Shown: positions 23,180 through 31,555 of the stretch, piece by piece
Numbering within the stretch: the stretch's first letter is position 1
Layout: the number at the start of each line of letters is the position of its first letter
Assembly (NCBI GenBank): GCA_963575745.1
Contig: CAUYUJ010000255.1
Span: forward strand, 1 to 64,000
DNA length: 64,000 nt
Direction: 5' to 3'
Source of the DNA: Prorocentrum cordatum
Taxonomy: Eukaryota
Made by a program: the position numbers and the translations under genes
The notes under the pieces: model-generated
Databases searched by the model: none
Seen by the model: only the letters and a program-made list of their open reading frames with translations
What the model was told of the DNA's origin: nothing

Positions 23180-26100
23180 TCAAATCATATATTCACTGCG
23201 AGCTTTCGAGACCAAAACGGAAGCTAAAGTGTGAGCCAGGCGCGCAGGGTAAGGCATCGCGATGACGGTCCAGCGAACCCCCCCTGGGCCAGCTCCCTCG
23301 AGGTGCTGATGGGGGCGCCCTGTGCGGCTGCAAATCCCGCGGCCAGGACAGATCCGACTTAGTTTCGTCAGGTCTTCCGCGGGGACGTTTCCCACCAAAA
23401 AACGAGTTCTCTTTCTCCAGGGCTTTCCCCAGAGACAGTAGTCAGTGACAATAGAGACGGCGCGGCTACGCGCTACGAAAACTTTCAGTTTGTGATCATG
23501 CCACATCTTTGATGTGTGAGGGTTCTCAAGAACCCAGGGGACCCCGGCAGACTGGGCGGACCTGGCCAGATCAAGAGCTGCGTCCAGCGTGGCGTTACCG
23601 AGAGCGACCTTGGCCAGGTCGCGGGCGTCGAGGCCCGGGATCCCCCTAATAAACTTACGAGAGCGAATTGGGTACGTCCGATCCCGAGCAGCAGACCACG
23701 AGCTGCAGGGCGGAGCCAGCATCATTCCGATACATCGGCCGCGAGCGAGATCCTGTTTGATCGGCCTGCGGACTCTCGAATCACACAGGTCACCTGAAGG
23801 CCCGTGGAGCAGGTCCCACTCCCGAGCACAGAAACCAGCCACACGAACTTTCTTGCTAACTATCCCGCAGCCTGAAAAACACTCGGCAATATAAGTCTTA
23901 TCTACACATGCTGGCGACCGAAGGCTAGAGGCTCTCGTCTTCCGAGGAACGCATCCGCGAGCAGTGACTCGCAGCGCGTGCAGTGGCTGCGCGTCAGAGC
24001 GTCGAGCTTCCCGAACTCGAGCCCCACTCGCGCGTGCTTCTCGTACCGAGCCACGGACTTCAGCTTGCGCCAGCGGCCCCGCTTCATCACTTCTGGCAGC
24101 CCGCGAAGGTCGCGAAGCCGGTCGTGCGAGGCCCCGCTGTGCCGGAGTTGGTAGGGCACTAGCTTCAGCCCAAGGGTCGCGCCAGCGGCCCTCGCGTCGG
24201 CCAGCAGGTCCTGGTAGGTGAACGGGAAAGCCCGCTCCGCCGCTGGCCTTGAGTTGATCTCCCTCCAGACCACGTCGAGCCACTTGAGCGACTTCATGTC
24301 GAGCTGGAGGCTGTCGTCGAGCACCCCCACCTTGGTAGGCTGGCCCAACTCCTCCGGAGCCAGCAGCAGGCACCAGTACTTGGACACCCCGTCCAGGGGG
24401 CCTATGAAATGGCCGCACCTGATGTTCAGCATCTCGGACGGCCTCAGGTAACACATGAAGCAAAGCAGGATCGCCGCCGCCTCGTAGCGCTTGCCACGCG
24501 CCAGAAGCCAGTGGCAGACTGCCGCCCAGACGCAGAAGGGCATCGGGTGGCGGCTCCGGCCAGGGCACAGGCGGCGCCAGCCCTTCACTGCTCTCCACGA
24601 TCGTGGGAGCGAAAGCTGGCCAATCTTCCCAAACTCCGGGAGGACGTGAAGGACACCAGCCAGCAATTTCTCCCCCACATTGGCCTGCTTGCCAGTAAGG
24701 AACAGCTCCGTCATGTGGATACACAACGTCCCATCCAGCTGGGACGGCGGGTGAAGGCCAAGGCGCCGCTGCTTCGCCCAGTAGTAGAGCCGGGAGACCA
24801 GGAGGTGGTAGTAGTCCCTGGTCTTGGTCTGCACGGCGTAGGACTCCAGCAGCGTCCCCATCTGGTCCATGGCCTGCCGAGCGGAGAGGAGGTACTTGGC
24901 GCGTCTGCGTTTGCACCGACCCCTCATGGCTTCGTCCAGGTCGTCGCTGTCTGAGCTGTCCTGCACGCCCGCCGCCTCGTCGTGGTCCAGGCCGGTGTCG
25001 GCCTCCTCGAGCCCGACGCTGATCAGGGGCCCGGCGAAGGCCTCCTTCTCTGACAGCCCCTCGAGCTTCGGCGCCTGCACCCGGTCCAGCAGCACTGGTA
25101 TTGCCACGCCCAGCGTCCGCCTCTTGCTCTTGACTCCCGCCGGCGGCTTCACCACGGACGAGAGCTGGGGCCGGCGAAGCCGCGTCGGGCACGAAGGCGC
25201 CGGCGCGGACAGGCGGGCTTGCCGCTTGGGGGCTGCAGGCCGCCGGGCGGTCGCTGGTCGGCGGCCGAGGCGTGCTTCCATCGGCATCTCTCGATGGGTC
25301 GTCGGCTGGATTGAATTCTGATTTGATCCAGCGGAAATACGGACGAATGTTATGGATAAGACACAGGGCGCGGAAGCGCCGAATTTGCCGTAGTACAACG
25401 TAGTTTTTACATCTTCCCCGAGCGAACGAGAGCGTGATAGCCATGTTGTCGATCAGGAATAGGTTTCGACTGTTTCGAACTCCTTCGGCGATCAGACTCT
25501 CCAGACCCAGAACTAGTGCCCGAGCTTCTAACTCCAGAATGCGTTCTCCAAAATTCCACTTACCCTTTCCAGTAACTCTCCAGGGTGATATCAAATCGGA
25601 CTCGGCGATGCAGCCCCGGGCAGAGAAGAGACCCCCTTCCCCGAACGGCACCTCCGGAAACAGGCTGTCAATCATCCAGACCTCCTCCCCCGTCGACAAC
25701 GGCAAGGCCTCCCCGATGTCGATGATGGTGGTGGTGGTGTCGGTGAACGATAGCGGATGGTGATTGTCATTGTCCTCGTCTAACGGATACAGTGCTGCGC
25801 TCGCTGCCTCGCGAGCTCCAAGGCTGTGCACACGACGAAATCGGGACACCTCTGAAGTGCGAGCGATGCTAGCCACTGCTTTGGCCGTCAACGAGCAACG
25901 GCAGTGCCCCCATCCCTCGAGGGAGGCATCTGTGGCTACTATCGTCTCACACCAAGGTAGATCCCACGGCGCCCGCACCAGAGGCAGGAGCCCAATGAAG
26001 GCCTGGAGCTCCTGCCGCACGGTCGGCCACACCACCGCCGCGGCGTCGCCGTACCGGTGGATGAAGGCGTAGCAGGCGTTGAACACGCTTAGGGCCGTTC

Positions 26101-27535
26101 GGTCCAGCAGGCTGACGAACGTGGCGTGCCCGACGAGCCGCTCCAGCTGCTTGCCGCTGAGGCGTCGCCGCCGAAGGGCCCAACGAAAAGCGCCATCGAT
26201 GCGCCACCTCCGTTTCTCGGTCACCTGCGTCTCGAGCCGGTGGCCGTCCAGCACGCACCCCAGCGTCTCGCCGCCATTGCCCTTCAGGTCGTGCTCGTGC
26301 GTCTTCAGGCCGACGGCGTCCAGGGCTGCGCAGCCCTTGTTGAGCGCCAGACCCACAGGCCGCTCGGCGCTGCCGACTACGTCCAGGTTGTCCACATACA
26401 GGGCGTACCTCACGTCTGCCCCCTTTCCCAGCACGATGGGGGCGGTGTAGTCGGAGGCCCTTCTCTCGGGCCCCAGCTGGTGCACCTTGTTGAGGACTGC
26501 CTCGCTGCACTTCTGAGCGACCCACAGCGACCACGTAAATCCCATGGGGAACGATGCCAAGCAGGGATACACCGGCGCCTCTCGCGCCAAGCTGTCCCGC
26601 AAAGGCGTATGCTTCGCCGCGATCGGATGGAGGGCGAAACACCGGTGCATGCCGTCGGGGAGCCGCAACCGGTGGAAGCAGTTCTCGACGTCGCCGATGC
26701 CCAACGTGAAGATGCAGTCGGGGTCCTCCTTGTAGTCCGCCTCGCACTCGATCCTGGACAGCCCCTCGCTTGTGATCAGCTCGGTGTGCGGAGGAGCTTT
26801 GAACCGGCGGTTCCCCCTCCTCGCGTCAATGATGAGTCTCAGGGACTTGTCCTTCTTTCCAACAAAAAACATACCTGCGTGCTCGATGGGCTCAGTGGTC
26901 CACTGGATCAGGCCCCGGCGCTCGAGGTCCAAAATGAACAGCCGGTAGGTCTTCTGGTTCCGCGACAGCTTCTTGTCCCAGAACGGTTTGATATCACCCA
27001 GCCTCTCGTTGAGCTTGTTAAACTCATCGGTAGACCGCATCATGCTCTTCTGCCAACCCTCGATGATCAGGCGGTCCTCAGCGTCCAGCACCTCCGTCAC
27101 GACTGCTGCATCGTGGACGTGCTCGGGGAGCGAGACGGAACCAAACTCGTAGGGCACGACGGTAGTGTAGGTCTCCTCGGCATCGTAGCTGAGATGACCT
27201 CGGAGAAGCACGCGAGCGGCTTCTTCCTGGGAAGGCGCTGTCACCGGCTTCGCGATCACAGGGGCGACGAGAGTCGCCACGGCCTCCTCATCAAATTCAT
27301 TGGCGCCTGGCGGCCCTGAAGTCCGCGCACCCAGGCACCAGTGGAGCGCATCCACGGTCTCGTTCTTGCGCCTGAACTCCTCCACGCCCAGTCCATGACG
27401 ACGTCTGGACCGACGCGAGGGAGCACCAACCCGCGACGGGATGTCGTAGGAGGGCAGGCGGCGATGCACTCCCATGCAGGACCTGGTAAAGGCGACGGGG
27501 GCTGGCCCACTTCCCCCGCCGCTCGCCTCCATCAT
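23180..27535 (-). CDS. DIRS pol: reverse transcriptase + RNase H, in frame with a C-terminal C5 cytosine DNA methyltransferase (1451 aa ORF)
   Basis: RT motifs: MFFVGKKDKSLRLIIDAR, IGDVENCFHRL, FPMGFTWS, YVDN (26387-26398). RNase H motifs: TDASLEGWG, ELEARAL, IDN, WIKSEFNPADDPSR. DNMT motifs: I (ECFSGCG), IV (APPC), VI (LENP), VIII (RKRTRF) in ~23180-23900. Confidence 0.9.
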   Translation of the reverse strand: MMEASGGGSGPAPVAFTRSCMGVHRRLPSYDIPSRVGAPSRRSRRRHGLGVEEFRRKNETVDALHWCLGARTSGPPGANEFDEEAVATLVAPVIAKPVTAPSQEEAARVLLRGHLSYDAEETYTTVVPYEFGSVSLPEHVHDAAVVTEVLDAEDRLIIEGWQKSMMRSTDEFNKLNERLGDIKPFWDKKLSRNQKTYRLFILDLERRGLIQWTTEPIEHAGMFFVGKKDKSLRLIIDARRGNRRFKAPPHTELITSEGLSRIECEADYKEDPDCIFTLGIGDVENCFHRLRLPDGMHRCFALHPIAAKHTPLRDSLAREAPVYPCLASFPMGFTWSLWVAQKCSEAVLNKVHQLGPERRASDYTAPIVLGKGADVRYALYVDNLDVVGSAERPVGLALNKGCAALDAVGLKTHEHDLKGNGGETLGCVLDGHRLETQVTEKRRWRIDGAFRWALRRRRLSGKQLERLVGHATFVSLLDRTALSVFNACYAFIHRYGDAAAVVWPTVRQELQAFIGLLPLVRAPWDLPWCETIVATDASLEGWGHCRCSLTAKAVASIARTSEVSRFRRVHSLGAREAASAALYPLDEDNDNHHPLSFTDTTTTIIDIGEALPLSTGEEVWMIDSLFPEVPFGEGGLFSARGCIAESDLISPWRVTGKGKWNFGERILELEARALVLGLESLIAEGVRNSRNLFLIDNMAITLSFARGRCKNYVVLRQIRRFRALCLIHNIRPYFRWIKSEFNPADDPSRDADGSTPRPPTSDRPAACSPQAASPPVRAGAFVPDAASPAPALVRGEAAGGSQEQEADAGRGNTSAAGPGAGAEARGAVREGGLRRAPDQRRARGGRHRPGPRRGGGRAGQLRQRRPGRSHEGSVQTQTRQVPPLRSAGHGPDGDAAGVLRRADQDQGLLPPPGLPALLLGEAAAPWPSPAVPAGWDVVYPHDGAVPYWQAGQCGGEIAGWCPSRPPGVWEDWPAFAPTIVESSEGLAPPVPWPEPPPDALLRLGGSLPLASGAWQALRGGGDPALLHVLPEAVRDAEHQVRPFHRPPGRGVQVLVPAAGSGGVGPAYQGGGARRQPPARHEVAQVARRGLEGDQLKASGGAGFPVHLPGPAGRREGRWRDPWAEASALPTPAQRGLARPASRPSRAARSDEAGPLAQAEVRGSVREARASGARVREARRSDAQPLHALRVTARGCVPRKTRASSLRSPACVDKTYIAECFSGCGIVSKKVRVAGFCAREWDLLHGPSGDLCDSRVRRPIKQDLARGRCIGMMLAPPCSSWSAARDRTYPIRSRKFIRGIPGLDARDLAKVALGNATLDAALDLARSAQSAGVPWVLENPHTSKMWHDHKLKVFVARSRAVSIVTDYCLWGKPWRKRTRFLVGNVPAEDLTKLSRICPGRGICSRTGRPHQHLEGAGPGGVRWTVIAMPYPARLAHTLASVLVSKARSEYMI
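23902..25287 (-). CDS. Tyrosine recombinase (integrase) of the DIRS element, ~461 aa from first ATG
   Basis: YR catalytic signature: YLRPSE (R), TKVG (K), YQLRHSGASHD (x-x-R box), KRGRW, SVARYEK (Y nucleophile). ATG at 25287 follows the RNase H end. Confidence 0.92.
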   Translation of the reverse strand: MPMEARLGRRPATARRPAAPKRQARLSAPAPSCPTRLRRPQLSSVVKPPAGVKSKRRTLGVAIPVLLDRVQAPKLEGLSEKEAFAGPLISVGLEEADTGLDHDEAAGVQDSSDSDDLDEAMRGRCKRRRAKYLLSARQAMDQMGTLLESYAVQTKTRDYYHLLVSRLYYWAKQRRLGLHPPSQLDGTLCIHMTELFLTGKQANVGEKLLAGVLHVLPEFGKIGQLSLPRSWRAVKGWRRLCPGRSRHPMPFCVWAAVCHWLLARGKRYEAAAILLCFMCYLRPSEMLNIRCGHFIGPLDGVSKYWCLLLAPEELGQPTKVGVLDDSLQLDMKSLKWLDVVWREINSRPAAERAFPFTYQDLLADARAAGATLGLKLVPYQLRHSGASHDRLRDLRGLPEVMKRGRWRKLKSVARYEKHARVGLEFGKLDALTRSHCTRCESLLADAFLGRREPLAFGRQHV

Positions 27536-29127
27536 GATGCTGGCGGGGGCGCTGGGAGCCCGGGCTTGCCTTTCTTGGTCTTGCCTCCTGCCCCTCGGCC
27601 CCCGCCGCCTTTGTTACCACCTGCGCCCGGCGCCGCGCCGGCCGCGCCTGGGTCCTCCTCGTCGTAGCCCTCCGCCTGCGGCGCGTACAAGCCGCCGCGC
27701 TGCACGCCGCCCTCCAGAGCCTTCTCCTTGAGCTTCCTCGCGCCGTAGACACGCAGGTCCGGAGCCACCGCGTCCTCCAGCATCGCGGTGCCTGAGTACA
27801 CGCCGGCCATGCTGTAGTTCGGCTTGGCGCCCGGCACCGAGTGGGCCTCCAGGAGTGTCTGGAAACGCCTCATCAGCACCTCGATCCCTGCTAGGCAGGG
27901 CATGTTCAGCTGGTCGTAGCAGCCGAACTGCTCGAAGCTCTCGGCCAACACTCGCAGCTCGTGGTAGGCGCGGTCCGAGGGCGCGACGTGCTTTCTCCTC
28001 CCCCATGCCTCCAGCCAACTGGTCGGCATCGGCCCGAAGCGGTCGATGTGCTTCATCACGCTGAGGGCGGTGCTCGGGCCGTCGAGCGGCCAGTCGCGGA
28101 AGGAGTGCGAGCTTGACTCCCTACATACCTCCTTCCAGTCCTTGTGCCGCTCCCCCTGCGAGTCCCAGTCGACCTCCAGCACGCGGACGTCCACCGCGAC
28201 CTCGCCAGCGGCCGCCGGTGCTGCTGCGCCGGGCGGCCGCTCCCCGAGCACGCGCTCGAGTAGGGGGCTGCCTTCTCCTGCGTCTTCGATCTCGCGGCCA
28301 CCTGCCTCCCGCCTGAAAGCGCCGACAGGGTCGTCGTCGAGCGCGATGGTGGGCGGCTCCGGCGCGCCGCGCGGCGTTGGCGGCGAGAACTGCACCAGCC
28401 GCTGAGTCTTGAAGTCCTCCTCCGAGACTTCCGGGCTCACGGCCATCACCGGCGCCTCGAGCCCTGTGTCCGAGATGGCCACGCCGAAAAGCCGCCCGCC
28501 GAAGACTAACAGCCTCGGCTCCACCTCGCTGCCGATGTTGCCGAAGGCCAGGCCGGGCTCGGAGACCCGCCAGGTCACTGCGGGAGGCTGGTCGTCGCCC
28601 TCGAGCCTATCGAGAGCACCTGCGAAAACATCACCTCGTCGATCGCCTCGGGGCCCGGAGCGGGCACGCGCCGCCGCGGTCAGCGGCAAGGATGGCCCAG
28701 GCACAGGCAGCGCTCCGCGCCTTGGGAGGCGCCGCCGTCTGGGCATCGGCTCCAGCGTTCCGTCGGTGGAGACCCACTGCGTCGGTGCCGGCCAGTCTGG
28801 CAGCCCGAGCGCGCCTCGAAGGGCGCCCGCATGCAACTGGGCCGCGGCCAGCAGGTCGAGGCACTCCTGTCGCTGGACTGGCCGGTCGAACTGCACGATG
28901 TCGACCGACTCCAGCCTGGGCGGGCGATCCCCGAAGCCCTTGAGGGCCACCACCTTCTCATACAGGGAGGTGTCTTCCACGTAGAAGTGCCCCTGGGCGG
29001 TGTAGATCATCCACACCGAAGTCGAGAGCGGCCACACCAGCACGCGCTCATGTCCCCAGGCGTCACCCTCGAAGAACACCACGAACGTGTGCCCGGGCAA
29101 GGGCGTAGTGGGCACGACGACCGCCAT
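27532..29127 (-). CDS. Gag-like ORF of the DIRS element (~531 aa from ATG)
   Basis: Long non-repetitive ORF directly upstream of pol; its TGA overlaps the pol ATG (ATGA at 27535-27532). Gag identity is inferred from position only. Confidence 0.75.
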   Translation of the reverse strand: MAVVVPTTPLPGHTFVVFFEGDAWGHERVLVWPLSTSVWMIYTAQGHFYVEDTSLYEKVVALKGFGDRPPRLESVDIVQFDRPVQRQECLDLLAAAQLHAGALRGALGLPDWPAPTQWVSTDGTLEPMPRRRRLPRRGALPVPGPSLPLTAAARARSGPRGDRRGDVFAGALDRLEGDDQPPAVTWRVSEPGLAFGNIGSEVEPRLLVFGGRLFGVAISDTGLEAPVMAVSPEVSEEDFKTQRLVQFSPPTPRGAPEPPTIALDDDPVGAFRREAGGREIEDAGEGSPLLERVLGERPPGAAAPAAAGEVAVDVRVLEVDWDSQGERHKDWKEVCRESSSHSFRDWPLDGPSTALSVMKHIDRFGPMPTSWLEAWGRRKHVAPSDRAYHELRVLAESFEQFGCYDQLNMPCLAGIEVLMRRFQTLLEAHSVPGAKPNYSMAGVYSGTAMLEDAVAPDLRVYGARKLKEKALEGGVQRGGLYAPQAEGYDEEDPGAAGAAPGAGGNKGGGGRGAGGKTKKGKPGLPAPPPAS

Positions 29128-29542
29128 ATTCCCACGGTTGGGGTCGACACCCGCACGCCGCGAGGAGTCCACCGATGAAGCTGGTCGTCGCCCCGACGAT
29201 GGTCTTCACGAAGTTGAAAACCGGCAACTCCTCGCACTCCGATTCCGAGACGTGCTCGATCACCGGCTCGCACGCCTGCACCCAGGCTGGCCCAGCGTCT
29301 TCTTCGCACCTCCAGGGTGCCGGGCAAGGGGTACACGAACACTCCACCACCGAGACGTTCACGCCAAGGTCCTCCACCCCCACGCGGCCGACGTCCTGCC
29401 GCGCAGCCGTCGCCGAGTGAAGCGCGAACTCGCCCAGCCGCAGCGCGCTTTCCAGCGCGATCCCAGGCCGGTCCGCCACGAGCCGCCACAATCCAGCCAG
29501 ATATGGGGCGGCGAGGAAAGCGAGGGCGCAGGGGCGGGGCAT
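29063..29542 (-). CDS. Small accessory ORF0 of the DIRS element (159 aa, hydrophobic N-terminus, Cys cluster, putative TM segment)
   Basis: First ATG 15 nt after repeat A1; non-repetitive; overlaps the gag start by 65 nt; hydrophobic FVKTIVGATTSFIGGLLAACGC. Confidence 0.45.
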   Translation of the reverse strand: MPRPCALAFLAAPYLAGLWRLVADRPGIALESALRLGEFALHSATAARQDVGRVGVEDLGVNVSVVECSCTPCPAPWRCEEDAGPAWVQACEPVIEHVSESECEELPVFNFVKTIVGATTSFIGGLLAACGCRPQPWEYGGRRAHYALARAHVRGVLRG

Positions 29543-29556
29543 GAGCGCCCGACTTC

Positions 29557-29644
29557 AGGCGAGAAAGAGGCTTGAACCGCATTGGTTGCGGATCGGACGC
29601 CGCGGACCAGCGCCCCTCCTTCACGTGCACGCACCCCCAGGAGG
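29557..29644 (-). repeat. Terminal repeat A1 (88 bp) of the DIRS element
   Basis: Identical by eye to 22920-23007 (aggcgagaaagaggcttgaacc...cacccccaggagg). Confidence 0.95.
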
Positions 29645-30833
29645 AAGGAGGAGGAGGAGGAGGAAGGAGGAAGGAGGAGGAAAGTTCGAGGAGGCCTTCC
29701 GCCATTCTCGGCATATGGGCGACCCGGGCGAAAGACTGGCCAGCATGGACACCCGGAGGGGCGAACGGATTTGGCTCTGGACGGGGAGGAAGGGGGGGAA
29801 AGAATGAGGATGGGTCGTAGCCATCGTCGTTGTGGCAATCGACATCTGCCCGTCCGCGCGTCCGTCCGTCCTCGTCGTCGCTGCTTCCGTCCGAAAGAGG
29901 GGGGGAGAGGAGGGAGAGGAGGAGGAAGAGGAGGGAGGAGAAATAGAGGAGGTAGGGAGGAGAACGAGGATGGAGAGGAGAAAGAGGAGGTAGGGATGAG
30001 GAAGAGGATGGGGGGAGAGGCGGGAGAGGAGGAGAAAGAGGAGGGAGGAGAAAGAGGAGGCAAGCAGAGAGAGAGGATGGGGGGGAGCTGAGGGGGAGGA
30101 ACGGCAGCGAGAAGAGAGAGCAGGGCGCCGGCGTGCCGGAGGAGGAGGCAGAGGGGAGGACGGAGAAGGAGGCCACAGACGGGAGGAGGGGGAAGGTTGC
30201 TCCCGGGGATCAAGGCTGCTCCCTCCAAGGGATACAACTCACATCGAATCATGCCCCAGTCAGTGCTTGCACTGAAGGGGTCATAGCGGATGTTGAAAGA
30301 TTTGGCTAACGCTTCCCGCCTATTTTGGTGGCCAGCTGGGTTCCCGGGTTCCCGGTTCTGGATTCCCAGGTTCATGGTTATTGGTTCCGGTCCGATTTCG
30401 GTGGGTTCCGGGTTCTCGGGATCCCGGGTTCCTGGTCGATCTCCTTATCGATTTCTGCACCGACCTTGCAGACGTGCTGCAGTGGATTTTCCCCATGGAT
30501 TTCAGTCAATACAAAGCCCCGAAACGGCGAGTGAAAAACGAGGTGGATTGCGCGTGGAGTCTGTTTAGTCTCCATTCCTGGCCCAAACGAATCCGCACAA
30601 CATTCACCTCGAAATCTGGAACGAAATGCTCCAGGACACTCCGGGCCCATCCTGTCGTTTTCCAGTCGACATCCGCTCTGCGATGTTGGCGCCATGACAC
30701 GGCGGAGGGCCCCAGGCCCAACGGGCAGGGCGCTCCTCGGGTCCTCCGTCCCAGGCGCCTGCAGGCAGACCGCGCGCCGGCGAGGCTGGCTGAGCGGTCA
30801 GCAGCCTCTCTCGCTCCACCTCGCTGAGCGATC

Positions 30834-31555
30834 TCCTCCTCCTCCTCCTCCTCCTCCTCCTCCTCCTCCTCCTCCTCCTCCTCCCCTTCCTCCTCCTCCT
30901 CCTCCCTCCTCCCTCCTCCTCTTCCTCCTCCTCCTCCTCCTCCTCCTCCTCCCTCCTCCTCCTCCTCCTCCTCCTCCTCCTCCTCCTCCCTCCTCCTCCT
31001 CCTCCTCCTCCTCCTCCCTCCTCCTCCTCCTCCTCCTCCTCCTCCTCCCTCCTCCTCCTCCTCCTCCTCCTCCTCCTCCTCCCTCCTCCTCCTCCCCTCC
31101 TCCTCCTCCTCCTCCTCCCTCCTCCTCCCCTCCCCTCCTCCTCCCTCCTCCTCCGCCTCCTCCTCCTCCTCCTCCTCCTCCTCCTCCTCCTCCTCCCCCT
31201 CCCCTCCTCCTCCTCCTCCGCCCTTTCCTCCTCCTCCTCCTCCTCCCTCCTCTTCCTCCTCCTCCCTCCTCCTCCCCTCCTCCGCCTCCTCCTCCTCCTC
31301 CTCCCTCCTTCCCCCTCCTCCTCCTCCTCCCTCTCCTCCTCCTCCTCCTCCTCCTCCTCCTCCTCCTCCCCTCCTCCTCCTCCTCTGACCCTCCTCCTCT
31401 CCTCCTCCTCCTCCTCCTCCTCCTCCTCCTCCTCCTCCTCCTCCTCCTCCTCATCCTCCTCCTCCTCCTCCTCCTCCTCCTCCTCCTCCTCCTCCTCCTC
31501 CCTCATCCTCCTCCTCCTCCTCCTCCTCCTCCTCCTCCTCCTCCTCCTCCTCCTC
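30834..31555. repeat. (CCT)n microsatellite, ~720 bp; many similar CCT/GGA tracts, e.g. 142-470, 9033-9112, 21400-21522, 49764-49960, 56280-56765, 57170-57470
   Basis: Direct inspection. Confidence 0.95.

Larger units (their letters stand above)
22734..29644 (-). mobile_element. Full-length DIRS-order (PAT/Ngaro-like) tyrosine-recombinase retrotransposon carrying a C5 DNA methyltransferase domain
   Basis: Split direct repeats A1(29557-29644)...B1(23002-23145)-A2(22920-23007)-42 bp spacer-B2(22734-22877) enclose gag-like, RT/RNaseH/DNMT and YR ORFs. All ORFs are uninterrupted. Confidence 0.95.

Noticed and set aside
23180..25398. Prophage or bacterial integrase plus restriction-modification methylase interpretation
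   Set aside because: The YR and MTase are embedded with RT/RNase H between split direct repeats in microsatellite-rich eukaryotic DNA, which is DIRS architecture.
26126..27319. 397-aa plus-strand ORF within the DIRS element
   Set aside because: Antisense shadow of the RT coding region.
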